From: a virus
Strand: one strand, 5' to 3'
DNA length: 64,000 nucleotides
IMG/VR virus record: IMGVR_UViG_3300027850_000002
Span: 96,001 to 160,000 of that record
Shown: piece after piece, positions 37,764 through 45,815 of the stretch
Numbering within the stretch: the first letter of the stretch is position 1
Layout: each line of letters begins with the position of its first letter
The notes under the pieces: model-generated
Databases searched by the model: none
What the model saw: only the letters and a program-made list of their open reading frames with translations
Told to the model about the DNA's origin: nothing
Position numbers and translations under genes: made by a program

Positions 37764-38051
37764 TCACGCATCGTCTGGAGCCACACTACGAAAATCATCT
37801 TCAGTAACAGCCGTGTCGATCTCCTCAGTGGTCAAGAAGCCGATCTCGAGAATCAAATCTTCGGTCTGTCGCATGAGGCGGTTGACGTGTTTCATGAGCC
37901 AGAACGCGGCTTCCTTTTCTGTCTTGCCGGCTGCGTGAACGATCTTGCGTTCGTTCTCGTAGACAGTGAGATGAACCGAGCCATCCCGTACTTCTTGGGA
38001 GAGCTTCAGCTTCCGTTCGTATTGAAGAATCGTCCGCGGTTTGAGCGGCAT
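37764..38051 (-). CDS. hypothetical protein
   Basis: ORF in the minus-strand run. Confidence 0.55.
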   Translation of the reverse strand: MPLKPRTILQYERKLKLSQEVRDGSVHLTVYENERKIVHAAGKTEKEAAFWLMKHVNRLMRQTEDLILEIGFLTTEEIDTAVTEDDFRSVAPDDA

Positions 38052-38054
38052 GAC

Positions 38055-39770
38055 TCAAACCTTCTTACCAGAGAACGCTCCCTGAAAGACCTTGGCCAAC
38101 GCCACCGGCTTGCTCTCGACCTCGACAGCGCTTCCGTTCAAGGCGCGGTCGACACTGTTACGCGCGTCCATGACGATATCCTTCACGAGCCGCTTGGCTG
38201 CAGCTTTGTGACGGTCCGACTTGAGTGCGACGCCCAGCGCTTCAGCGTCATACATCCGCGTGTGGCGGTCGTAAGTCACTGTTCCAACAACGTCGCCGTT
38301 GTCGAGCAAGCCCCACTGACGAGCGTGCTCGACGTTGTCACGCGTCCGCCACGACGACATCGCCAACCACTGCATCTCTGCAGAGTTGGCTTTTGACGCG
38401 ATGTACTCCGGAGAAGCTTCGATACCCGCCGGAAGCAGCGGCACATGTACGTGCCGCGCCTTGAGCGACACGCCTGTGAACCGCAACGCGTCTTCTTCGC
38501 ACTGCGCATCGAAGCACGGCGAGCAGAGGCCGTTCGTTTCGACCGAGCCTTCCGTCGCCGACCGCATTCCCGGTTCCGTCGTGCCGCACGCGAAGCACGG
38601 TGTGTTCACCGCGATCGCATGACCTTCGTCGGCGTCGTCGTGAACGACGACCATCGTCGGCGGAACGTCGTGCGCCGTGCCCCACAACTCCTCCGTGCCC
38701 TTTGCGCGCAGGGTGTTCCCGCGCGTCCAGGTCTCGGGATTGTTCGGGGCGTCCGCCGGCGTGATGTCGATTCCATGATCGTGCGCAACCCGAAGAACTC
38801 GGGCCTGCGCGACACCTTCCGTGGTTCCCACACGGGATTCGCTCGTGACGATTTTTGGGACGGCCGCCTCGAACTTACCTTGTAGAGCAAGTCCGAGCGG
38901 CGAATCCGCGGGAACCTCCCGAACGGCGGGTGCGACCACTTCGATCGACTTCGACTTGGTCGTCAACATCGTGCGCACGCGGACAGACGGCTTACGAGGA
39001 GCCACTGCACCTTCCGTCACGAGCTGCGACGACGCACCGTTCATCGCAGAACGAATCATGTCGGGAATGGTCGCGGAGGTCCAGTTCCCGATCGAACGCA
39101 TCACCAACTCGGTGATGAACACGAGCGCCAGCGGCAACGAGATTGAAGCGGCGAGCAGCGTCATCGCGCCTGCGCCCACGTAGAGCGCGACGCGAACGGC
39201 CTGAGCCACTGCTTCGAGGAAGTCCCGTGTGAACTTCGCCAGCTTCGACTTCGACTTCTCGAGCCAGCCGACGCCCTGCGCGGCTGCGAGTGCCACGAGA
39301 CCTGCTGCCGCGGTCACTGCCGATGTCGCCAACGGCGCAATCGAGAGCGAGACCAACCACGCGGCGGCGCCGAACAGAAAGCCCCAGTCCTGGAGGAAGG
39401 GGCGGAGGACCGTGCGCCACGCGTGCGCCACGCGCGCCCACGCCGCCTGACCCAACTCACGGAGCGCGACGACCGGCCGGCTGTTCGCTGCCTTGCTGTA
39501 GACCCGGACGATCCGCTTCGTGACCGGCTCGACGAGCTTGGCGACCTTGAGTGCTGCCGCCTTGGTCGAGCGCGCCACACGGAGCGCTGCCGCCTTCGTC
39601 ATGCGCGCAAGCCGCTTCGCCGCTGCCTTGGCGCGGTGACCGGCTGCCGAACCCATCCGTGCGACCTTGCGGAGGGCGCGCTTGATTGAACCTTCCGAAC
39701 GAACGGTGCGTGCCTTGCGAACGGTCTTACGGCTCGTGCGGGGAACTGAAACTGTTGCTGTCGTTGCCAT
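38055..39770 (-). CDS. membrane protein with basic N-terminus, about 4 TMs and a C-terminal Cys4 Zn site
   Basis: AGGAGAG RBS before ATG 39770. Lys/Arg/Ala-rich N-terminus, hydrophobic core, CFAC..CSPC. Confidence 0.7.
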   Translation of the reverse strand: MATTATVSVPRTSRKTVRKARTVRSEGSIKRALRKVARMGSAAGHRAKAAAKRLARMTKAAALRVARSTKAAALKVAKLVEPVTKRIVRVYSKAANSRPVVALRELGQAAWARVAHAWRTVLRPFLQDWGFLFGAAAWLVSLSIAPLATSAVTAAAGLVALAAAQGVGWLEKSKSKLAKFTRDFLEAVAQAVRVALYVGAGAMTLLAASISLPLALVFITELVMRSIGNWTSATIPDMIRSAMNGASSQLVTEGAVAPRKPSVRVRTMLTTKSKSIEVVAPAVREVPADSPLGLALQGKFEAAVPKIVTSESRVGTTEGVAQARVLRVAHDHGIDITPADAPNNPETWTRGNTLRAKGTEELWGTAHDVPPTMVVVHDDADEGHAIAVNTPCFACGTTEPGMRSATEGSVETNGLCSPCFDAQCEEDALRFTGVSLKARHVHVPLLPAGIEASPEYIASKANSAEMQWLAMSSWRTRDNVEHARQWGLLDNGDVVGTVTYDRHTRMYDAEALGVALKSDRHKAAAKRLVKDIVMDARNSVDRALNGSAVEVESKPVALAKVFQGAFSGKKV

Positions 39771-39778
39771 AGTGATTC

Positions 39779-39805
39779 TCTCCTGCCCGTCTGGGCGTTG
39801 TTGAA
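39779..39805 (-). promoter_or_regulatory. conserved RBS-adjacent hairpin, copy 1 (GCCC-AGAC-GGGC-AGGAGA)
   Basis: One of four related elements directly 5' of an SD. Confidence 0.65.
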
Positions 39806-39882
39806 CAGATACCGACGGGAAGGGGTTGAAGCGGAATTGCTTCAATCCTTTCCCGTAGGCGCGACCGCGAGGTCGCGTGGGA

Positions 39883-40215
39883 CTAGTTCGAAATGAACGG
39901 GACCACGAAGGCTTCGTCCGTCTTGTCGACGAACTCCATCTTCGACGCGTGTGCTTCTGGAGTCGGATCGTGCATCCGCGCCAAGAAGTTGCGCGCCTGG
40001 GTCTTCAGCTCGTCGGCCGTCGACGTCTCGCGAACAACCACGACGGTTGCCTTGTCGATGTCATCAGACACGACGATAACGGGCATGATCGTGAACAACA
40101 CGCCACGCAACGAACTGACGCGATACTCACTGCCCGTGAGACGTGCCAACTTCAGCGCGGCCACGATGACGTGGTCGAGCGCTGCCTTGATCTCTGCATC
40201 ACACTTAGTACACAT
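39883..40215 (-). CDS. hypothetical protein
   Basis: GAGGAG RBS. Confidence 0.65.
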   Translation of the reverse strand: MCTKCDAEIKAALDHVIVAALKLARLTGSEYRVSSLRGVLFTIMPVIVVSDDIDKATVVVVRETSTADELKTQARNFLARMHDPTPEAHASKMEFVDKTDEAFVVPFISN

Positions 40216-40220
40216 GGAAA

Positions 40221-40246
40221 TCTCCTCACCCGTCAGGGTGGTTGTT
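40221..40246 (-). promoter_or_regulatory. conserved RBS-adjacent hairpin, copy 2 (CACCC-TGAC-GGGTG-AGGAGA)
   Basis: Compensatory stem change relative to the other copies. Confidence 0.65.
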
Positions 40247-40603
40247 CGTTAGTACGTTCTGAATGGTTGAGCGAAGCACTGGGACGTCCGAGCCTTTGGC
40301 GACGCAGGGCACGCCGCGGTCTTGAGCAGATTCGTCCGACGTCAGGAACAAGAACCGCTTCACGAGATGTGAAACGTGAGTCTCGACCCATTCGAGAACG
40401 TCCCCACCCGTACGCGGTCCGATCAGATTCCAGTCGCAGATGATCAAGTCGAACTCGCGTTCGAGCACGCTCTCCTTGAGGTACTCGATTGCGAGGTCGG
40501 CGTTGTCTGAGACCCAGACGTCTACGTCGCCGTACTGACGACGTAGAAGCCTGGCGAGAACCCGTTGAATGTCCGCGCAATCTTCAACGAGGAGGACCTT
40601 CAC
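40226..40603 (-). CDS. stand-alone response-regulator receiver domain
   Basis: VLLVED, FDLIICDWNL (phospho-Asp), FLFLTS, VAKG. Confidence 0.85.
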   Translation of the reverse strand: MKVLLVEDCADIQRVLARLLRRQYGDVDVWVSDNADLAIEYLKESVLEREFDLIICDWNLIGPRTGGDVLEWVETHVSHLVKRFLFLTSDESAQDRGVPCVAKGSDVPVLRSTIQNVLTNNHPDG

Positions 40604-41262
40604 GGCGTCACGCTCCTACCGCGACGGTAGATGTACATGTCGTCATGAATGCCGTCCCAGTTGGGAAGGTGCACTGCCTTCACCTCAGTCCAATCCCTCT
40701 CGAGCGCGTCATGGAACGCGTAGTCGCCGGTACATCCTCCGCGACCTTCACCGATGTACGCCACCGTGTCGCCGGTGTAGTACCAAAGACACGACGACGC
40801 GAAGTCGGTGTTGTAGTTCGGCCAGCACAAGAAGAGGGCGCGGTCAGCGCGCTTCTTGAGCTTGCCTGGCAGACCGTGCACCACACCCGTCCACCGCTTG
40901 GTGAACTGGTAGTGGTTGGTTTTGCCCGGGTGCTTGTCGTACGCCTGAACGTCCACGCCACGCTTGCGCAGCAAGTACGCCCAGTATCCCGACCCGGCGC
41001 CCATCTCGATGATGGGCCCCAGAGCCGCGAGTGCGTCGATAGCCTCGTCGTTGGGAATCGCGAACGAGAACTGCTTGATCAGCTCGCCGCGGACCGTGAA
41101 CGATGAGCACACTGAGCCGTAGCGCCAGGAATCACGCGTAGTGTTCTTGGTGGCCTCGAAGCGCGCGCGGTAGTCGTCCTCGGGCAGCTTCGCGAGCCGC
41201 TCGAGAAACGTTTCGTGCGCAATCTTGTACTGGGTCAAGTACTGCCCGTAGCCCAGGTTCAC
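40600..41262 (-). CDS. class I SAM-dependent methyltransferase-like protein
   Basis: IIEMGAGSGYWAYLL..VQAYD..LFLCWP..YIGE. Confidence 0.75.
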   Translation of the reverse strand: MNLGYGQYLTQYKIAHETFLERLAKLPEDDYRARFEATKNTTRDSWRYGSVCSSFTVRGELIKQFSFAIPNDEAIDALAALGPIIEMGAGSGYWAYLLRKRGVDVQAYDKHPGKTNHYQFTKRWTGVVHGLPGKLKKRADRALFLCWPNYNTDFASSCLWYYTGDTVAYIGEGRGGCTGDYAFHDALERDWTEVKAVHLPNWDGIHDDMYIYRRGRSVTP

Positions 41263-41882
41263 AGCGCGGCTCCGTTCGGCGCAACGAGCGCGTGCGTGGC
41301 CCAGAAGATCTGAGCCTCGCTGAGCTGCGCCTCGAGCCGTGCCCGCCTCTCCAAGCCCTCCTGCGTGCTGTCCTCGGGGAGCGCAGCGAGCTTGTTCTCG
41401 AGGTCGCCAGCCTCCATCGACGCAGTCGGCATATCGAGCGAAGCGACGCCGTACGCCGTGTAGAGGACGCAGGCGACCGCGGTCACCTTGGTGCCCTTGC
41501 ACTCCACACACTCGACCTGGAACTTCACGCTCGGTCCACTGAGACCTGCGGTCCAAGTCCAACCCTCACCCATGCAGTAGTCGCACTTCTCCTCGTGGGG
41601 ACCTGCGATGACGCGCACGAATCGCGTCGGCCGCTTGGGCTTGGCGACCAGGCGCGAGTCGCACGTACGCATGCCGCGCTTGGCATAGAACACCTCGCCC
41701 TCGTCGACCGGCGCGTCGCCTGCCGTCGGTCCGTACAGTTCGTTCGTGACCGTCCCGAGGTCTTCGGGCAGCTCGAGTGTTTCGATGAAGAACGCCGTCT
41801 TGTCAGCGTACTTCGCGAAGATGTGATCCCACTGCGCCTGAGTGAAACCGTGGTCCATATGTGATTCAGCGTGCTTCTTCAT
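41259..41882 (-). CDS. hypothetical phage protein with DnaJ-like Zn insert
   Basis: CDYCMGEG..CVECKGT; LYTAYG. Confidence 0.7.
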   Translation of the reverse strand: MKKHAESHMDHGFTQAQWDHIFAKYADKTAFFIETLELPEDLGTVTNELYGPTAGDAPVDEGEVFYAKRGMRTCDSRLVAKPKRPTRFVRVIAGPHEEKCDYCMGEGWTWTAGLSGPSVKFQVECVECKGTKVTAVACVLYTAYGVASLDMPTASMEAGDLENKLAALPEDSTQEGLERRARLEAQLSEAQIFWATHALVAPNGAAL

Positions 41883-41887
41883 GTTGA

Positions 41888-41910
41888 TCTCCTTGCCCGT
41901 CAGGGCGGTT
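41888..41910 (-). promoter_or_regulatory. conserved RBS-adjacent hairpin, copy 3 (AACCGCCCTGACGGGCAAGGAGA)
   Basis: Identical over 23 nt to 42119-42141. Confidence 0.7.
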
Positions 41911-41918
41911 GAATGTGT

Positions 41919-42110
41919 TTAGTAACGATACCTGGTGGTTGCTCCGATGCCGAGTCGTGCGTACCGCTCGGCCGTGGCGTAGTCACCGCGCTCGGCAGCC
42001 TTGCTCGCTTCGGCGTACCAGTACTTCGGAGAGGTCGTCTTCTCGACCGCCACAGCCATAACCGCGAGCCCGCCGCCGATTGCTTTCATCGCTTTCTTGA
42101 ACTTACCCAT
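41919..42110 (-). CDS. small protein with hydrophobic N-terminal segment and a TPR-like helix
   Basis: AAGGAG RBS; AAERGDYATAERY. Confidence 0.6.
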   Translation of the reverse strand: MGKFKKAMKAIGGGLAVMAVAVEKTTSPKYWYAEASKAAERGDYATAERYARLGIGATTRYRY

Positions 42111-42118
42111 AACATCTG

Positions 42119-42141
42119 TCTCCTTGCCCGTCAGGGCGGTT
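42119..42141 (-). promoter_or_regulatory. conserved RBS-adjacent hairpin, copy 4
   Basis: Identical over 23 nt to 41888-41910. Confidence 0.7.
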
Positions 42142-42181
42142 TATTGAATGCCTAGTGAAAGGCATGGTTTATCGACATAGT

Positions 42182-42212
42182 CTTATACCTATTTTCGAGG
42201 TCATTTTTTAGA
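42182..42212 (-). promoter_or_regulatory. candidate early promoter TCTAAA-N17-GGTATAAG
   Basis: AT-rich intergenic; matches 44829-44858. Confidence 0.45.
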
Positions 42213-42328
42213 CTCATTGGGTCAAGGATAGACGGCCATCTAGACCGCCCATCGTTCAACCAATGCGTATTAACGGAGGTCTCGGATATCCATAGGCACC
42301 TCCTTTCTTTGAATGAAAGAGGGGCCTG

Positions 42329-42529
42329 CTAGGGCTTGAACACGATCTTCGATTCGCCGTTCACGCGAGCATCGGGGTCACGGACGATAGCGCCGTCCAC
42401 CGTGACCTTGCCTCGCAGGATGGCTTTTCGAGCCTTGCCCTTCGACAGTTTGACGTCCTCGGAAACGACGTCGAGTAGCGCGAATGTGAACACCGTCGGG
42501 ATGTTCTGGAGGGGTGGTAGGCCTTTCAC
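42329..42529 (-). CDS. S4 RNA-binding domain protein
   Basis: LSKGKARKAILRGKVTVDGAIVRDPDARV. Confidence 0.75.
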   Translation of the reverse strand: MKGLPPLQNIPTVFTFALLDVVSEDVKLSKGKARKAILRGKVTVDGAIVRDPDARVNGESKIVFKP

Positions 42530-42535
42530 GGAACT

Positions 42536-42544
42536 CCTATAATT
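42536..42544 (+). promoter_or_regulatory. putative late promoter motif CCTATAATT
   Basis: 8 nt before GTG 42553, heading an isolated + strand tagged gene. Confidence 0.7.
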
Positions 42545-42552
42545 ACAGCGAC

Positions 42553-43947
42553 GTGGAAAATTACCTGAAGATAGCTTTCCTCGACGGAGCGCAGGATGCC
42601 CTGTCACGACATGGCCTCGCTCCCAAGCGGGAGAAATCCATGCTTCGGAAGGTGCTTCCTTGGGCAGCGGCGCTTGGCGCGGGGGCAGGGGCGTACAAAT
42701 TCTTACGGACGCCATCGTTCTCCGCGAACCCGCTCCTTCGGAAGGTGCAACAGCAAGCCGCGAGCAAGGGCTTCCACCGCATCGTCGACGTCACGCCGGA
42801 CGGAACCGGCGGACTGTTTCGTCCGGTGGCCAACGCCGAAGGCAAGCTGTCTCCGTGGAACAAGCTGAAGATGTTCCTCAACGAGGGTACGACCGAAGCG
42901 ATTCCGATCTCGCACGCAGGTGACGTTCCGAAAGTCGTCGGGCACAAGGGGCCGCGTCGCGTGCAGGGCGTCACCCACGGGCGGCATGACGTCTTCGGAA
43001 CCTCCGACGCCGTACGTGGCGGCATCGACATCGAGGGGCCGCAAGAGACGATGACAGCGATGAACCGCGTATCCAAGGGCGGCAAGAAGTTCGAAGCAAA
43101 CCTGTTGAACAAACACGCTCCGGGGTCGATGCCCGAGACACATACCGACCTCGGTCAACTGTTCGAAGGTCTACCTGCCGATCGCCAGCAAGCCGTTGCG
43201 GAGCTGCAGAGCCGGGTTCTTTCAAACCACGGCGAGAACGTATTGCTGAAACCGAACCAGGGCTTGGCATCCGGAGGAAAGTTCCCTCGTGCAAACCAGG
43301 ACTGGAGTTCACAGCTTCAAGCATACGATGCACACATGGCAGACCCTGCCAAACGCCAAACGTGGCGAGCAGCGAAGCAAGTCGGCGGAAACGAACTGTC
43401 GAAATACATGATCGACAACGGATTGTATGAAGGTGGCGTTCTCCATCAGGCGCTGCGCAACCCGAAGTCGGTGCTTGCACAGAAACTGATCGAGAATCCA
43501 TTGGGTGAATGGCGGGCACACACGATGGCGGGCAGCGTGCCTGCGAACATGATGTTCCCGCGTTTCTCCAAAGGACCGAAGGCCATCGCGGGCGTCATCC
43601 ATCGTGACAAGGCGATGCAGAGTTTTCTCGAGGATACGGTCGCGAAGCTGCCGCCGAAGTATCAGTCGGGGAACTACGCGTTCGATGTGATGCCACACCG
43701 CCAACCGGATGGTTCCATCGGATACAAGATTCTCGAGATGAACCCAACCGAACAAGCCACGGCGACGGCGGCGGGTGGTGGATCTGGTTTCTTGGATCCG
43801 TCCACCGTACCGTTCACCGGACACTCGCATTACCGCGCTGCGACGGGCCGCCACACGCCGTTGGTGGCGGGCTTGGGCGGCGTCGGCGCCGCGAGTCTCG
43901 CAGGTCTCGGCACGCGCGCGCTCACTCGTGACGAGGACGAACAATAA
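42553..43947 (+). CDS. tagged, membrane-anchored ATP-grasp enzyme
   Basis: MENYLKIAFLDGAQDALSRHGL tag; TM WAAALGAGAGAYKF; MPET, LLKPNQG..SGG, LAQKLI..EWR, AFDV..ILEMNP; C-terminal Gly-rich TM. Confidence 0.75.
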   Translation: MENYLKIAFLDGAQDALSRHGLAPKREKSMLRKVLPWAAALGAGAGAYKFLRTPSFSANPLLRKVQQQAASKGFHRIVDVTPDGTGGLFRPVANAEGKLSPWNKLKMFLNEGTTEAIPISHAGDVPKVVGHKGPRRVQGVTHGRHDVFGTSDAVRGGIDIEGPQETMTAMNRVSKGGKKFEANLLNKHAPGSMPETHTDLGQLFEGLPADRQQAVAELQSRVLSNHGENVLLKPNQGLASGGKFPRANQDWSSQLQAYDAHMADPAKRQTWRAAKQVGGNELSKYMIDNGLYEGGVLHQALRNPKSVLAQKLIENPLGEWRAHTMAGSVPANMMFPRFSKGPKAIAGVIHRDKAMQSFLEDTVAKLPPKYQSGNYAFDVMPHRQPDGSIGYKILEMNPTEQATATAAGGGSGFLDPSTVPFTGHSHYRAATGRHTPLVAGLGGVGAASLAGLGTRALTRDEDEQ

Positions 43948-44407
43948 CCCCGTCGTTCATCCACCGCTGCTTGAAGCGTTGGATGGGCGTCCACCGGCGC
44001 AGTTGTCGGCGAACGCTCGGATCAGCGAGGTAGACAATGTCTTCATCCTCGTCGATCGCATGTACGACGCCGTAATGGTCGTCGTCCAAGCCAACCAGGA
44101 CCACGTTGCCACGCTTCAATGCGCGCACGAGGCCTAACCAACTTAGGCGTTCGCGCGGAGCGACCCGCAGGTCACACGAACGCAAGAACCGAACGATCGG
44201 TCCCTCCGCGGTGCCTTCACTCGTGGTGCCGACTGCGTCGAGAACCTCTGTGTAACTAACGTCAGCACCGAAGAACGACGCAATCGCGTAGGTGCAGCAA
44301 GGGCCGCACGTGTAGCGCGTGAACTGAAGCTCGCGTGGAAAGTCGATGTAGCCGACAAGCACTGGGCGCCTCCGAGGCAGGTCTTCGTGAGTGTTCACGG
44401 TGATCAT
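43922..44407 (-). CDS. C39-like cysteine peptidase
   Basis: QFTRYTCGPCC, GT..GT, HYGVV, YLADPS. Confidence 0.8.
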   Translation of the reverse strand: MITVNTHEDLPRRRPVLVGYIDFPRELQFTRYTCGPCCTYAIASFFGADVSYTEVLDAVGTTSEGTAEGPIVRFLRSCDLRVAPRERLSWLGLVRALKRGNVVLVGLDDDHYGVVHAIDEDEDIVYLADPSVRRQLRRWTPIQRFKQRWMNDGVIVRPRHE

Positions 44408-44781
44408 GACGGCAGCACGAAGACGGCGGACGTAAAGGTTTCGCAAACTACGACTGCGTGACCATCGCCCACGAACAGCGCGGAGCCTGCTAAAGACCGT
44501 GTGACTGTACGACCGCCCAGTTGACTCGCAGCTCCAACACGCCACGCCGTTAGCTGGAGCAAGTCCGAAGCTGTTTTGCCTGGGTACAGGTGAATGGCGT
44601 ACCCGTTGGAACACGTCACGGTCGCCGTCGACACCATCGACACAGCACCACTGTCGGTAACGGCCGTGCCACCGCCGTCTATCGCTACACTGCCGGCATC
44701 AGGAAGTATTTCCTCTCGACCATCGTTCCGACCTTCGACACCGCAACCGAACATTAAAGCGAGAACCAGGACGATCTTCAT
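44404..44781 (-). CDS. lipoprotein
   Basis: MKIVLVLALMFGC lipobox, then a PDAG/IDGG linker. Confidence 0.7.
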   Translation of the reverse strand: MKIVLVLALMFGCGVEGRNDGREEILPDAGSVAIDGGGTAVTDSGAVSMVSTATVTCSNGYAIHLYPGKTASDLLQLTAWRVGAASQLGGRTVTRSLAGSALFVGDGHAVVVCETFTSAVFVLPS

Positions 44782-44828
44782 AGAGAGCCTTTGGTTGAAT
44801 GTGTATTCCGCATACCTGTAGACACATC

Positions 44829-44858
44829 CTTATGCCCAAATCGTAGGGCCGATTTAGA
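44829..44858 (-). promoter_or_regulatory. candidate early promoter TCTAAA-N16-GGCATAAG
   Basis: Matches the element at 42182-42212. Confidence 0.45.
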
Positions 44859-45013
44859 CCGCCCCTTGACAGGGTCCAACCGACGAGGCTGCCAGCGTGC
44901 GGGTGTGGGTGTTGTGACGTCCAACCGCGGCCCGGCAGGACCGGACCCCGCTGCCCGCCCTCAAACCATCGCCAACGAGTTGCGTGCGTGTCCTCCCAAC
45001 TAAGGAGGATCGA

Positions 45014-45274
45014 ATGGCAGCAGCTACCCCCCGACCGTTGTCCGGCGACGACCCGCCACGCAACGCGTTCACAACCCAGCCTGAATGGATCTCCGCTGCT
45101 CGTCTAGCGAACCTCCTGGATGTTCGCGTAGACCATCTCCGTTCTCTGGTCGCCCGGCGCGAAATCCCGTTCGGCCGGGTCGGCAGACTCGTCAGGTTTC
45201 ACTGGCCGACGATCCAGCGCTGGATCGGTGAAGCAGCGGCAGCAGGCCGGGCCCCCGCCAGGGTGTCCCCGTGA
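45014..45274 (+). CDS. excisionase-like HTH (HTH_17) protein
   Basis: TAAGGAGG RBS; WISAARLANLLDV..LVARREIPFGRVGRLVRF. Confidence 0.8.
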   Translation: MAAATPRPLSGDDPPRNAFTTQPEWISAARLANLLDVRVDHLRSLVARREIPFGRVGRLVRFHWPTIQRWIGEAAAAGRAPARVSP

Positions 45275-45539
45275 CGTCGCGCCAGCTGAGCATGTTGAAC
45301 GAGCGCGATCGCCGCTACGTCGGCGCGGACGCCTCGTTCATGATCAACATCGCGAAGCGCTGCACGAGCGTGCCATCAACGATCAGCGCGTTCGTGGCGG
45401 ACGTCGTGTCCGGATCGCCGAAGGCCGTCATGTTCTCCGAACAGAGCCGATCCCAGCGTGGGAGCAACTGACCATAGAGGAGCGATCGAACTGGTGCGCC
45501 ACTGCAATGGCGGTGTTCCCACAGCTGAACGACGCGTAG

Positions 45540-45803
45540 CTACGCGTCTGCGGGCGGGTTCGCCTTCGCGAACGCCTTGAACACGCGCTTGTACTCAGCC
45601 TTGTTCTTGAGCTTGAGCTGAGCACTGCCCGCGAGATTCTGCAGCTGTTCAGCAGCAAGCTCACTGAGCACATCCATCGACGCGTCCGGATCACGGCCTT
45701 CGCTGAGGGCGGACGCGAGATCGACAGGGAGGTTGATGATGATCGGCGTCTTGCCGATCTTGGTGGTGAACTGCGCAGTGATGGTGGACTTGGTCTTAGG
45801 CAT
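45540..45803 (-). CDS. hypothetical protein
   Basis: Good codon usage. Confidence 0.6.
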   Translation of the reverse strand: MPKTKSTITAQFTTKIGKTPIIINLPVDLASALSEGRDPDASMDVLSELAAEQLQNLAGSAQLKLKNKAEYKRVFKAFAKANPPADA

Positions 45804-45815
45804 GGCGATGTTTAT

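Noticed and set aside
42553-44407. Graspetide RiPP cluster (ATP-grasp plus C39 peptidase)
   Set aside because: The genes are convergent with different promoter classes; no precursor peptide or transporter is seen.
44866-44871. TTGACA sigma70 -35 box
   Set aside because: No credible -10 element 16-18 nt downstream.
45014-45274. Prophage boundary implied by the excisionase-like HTH
   Set aside because: No integrase, att repeat or host housekeeping genes in the window.
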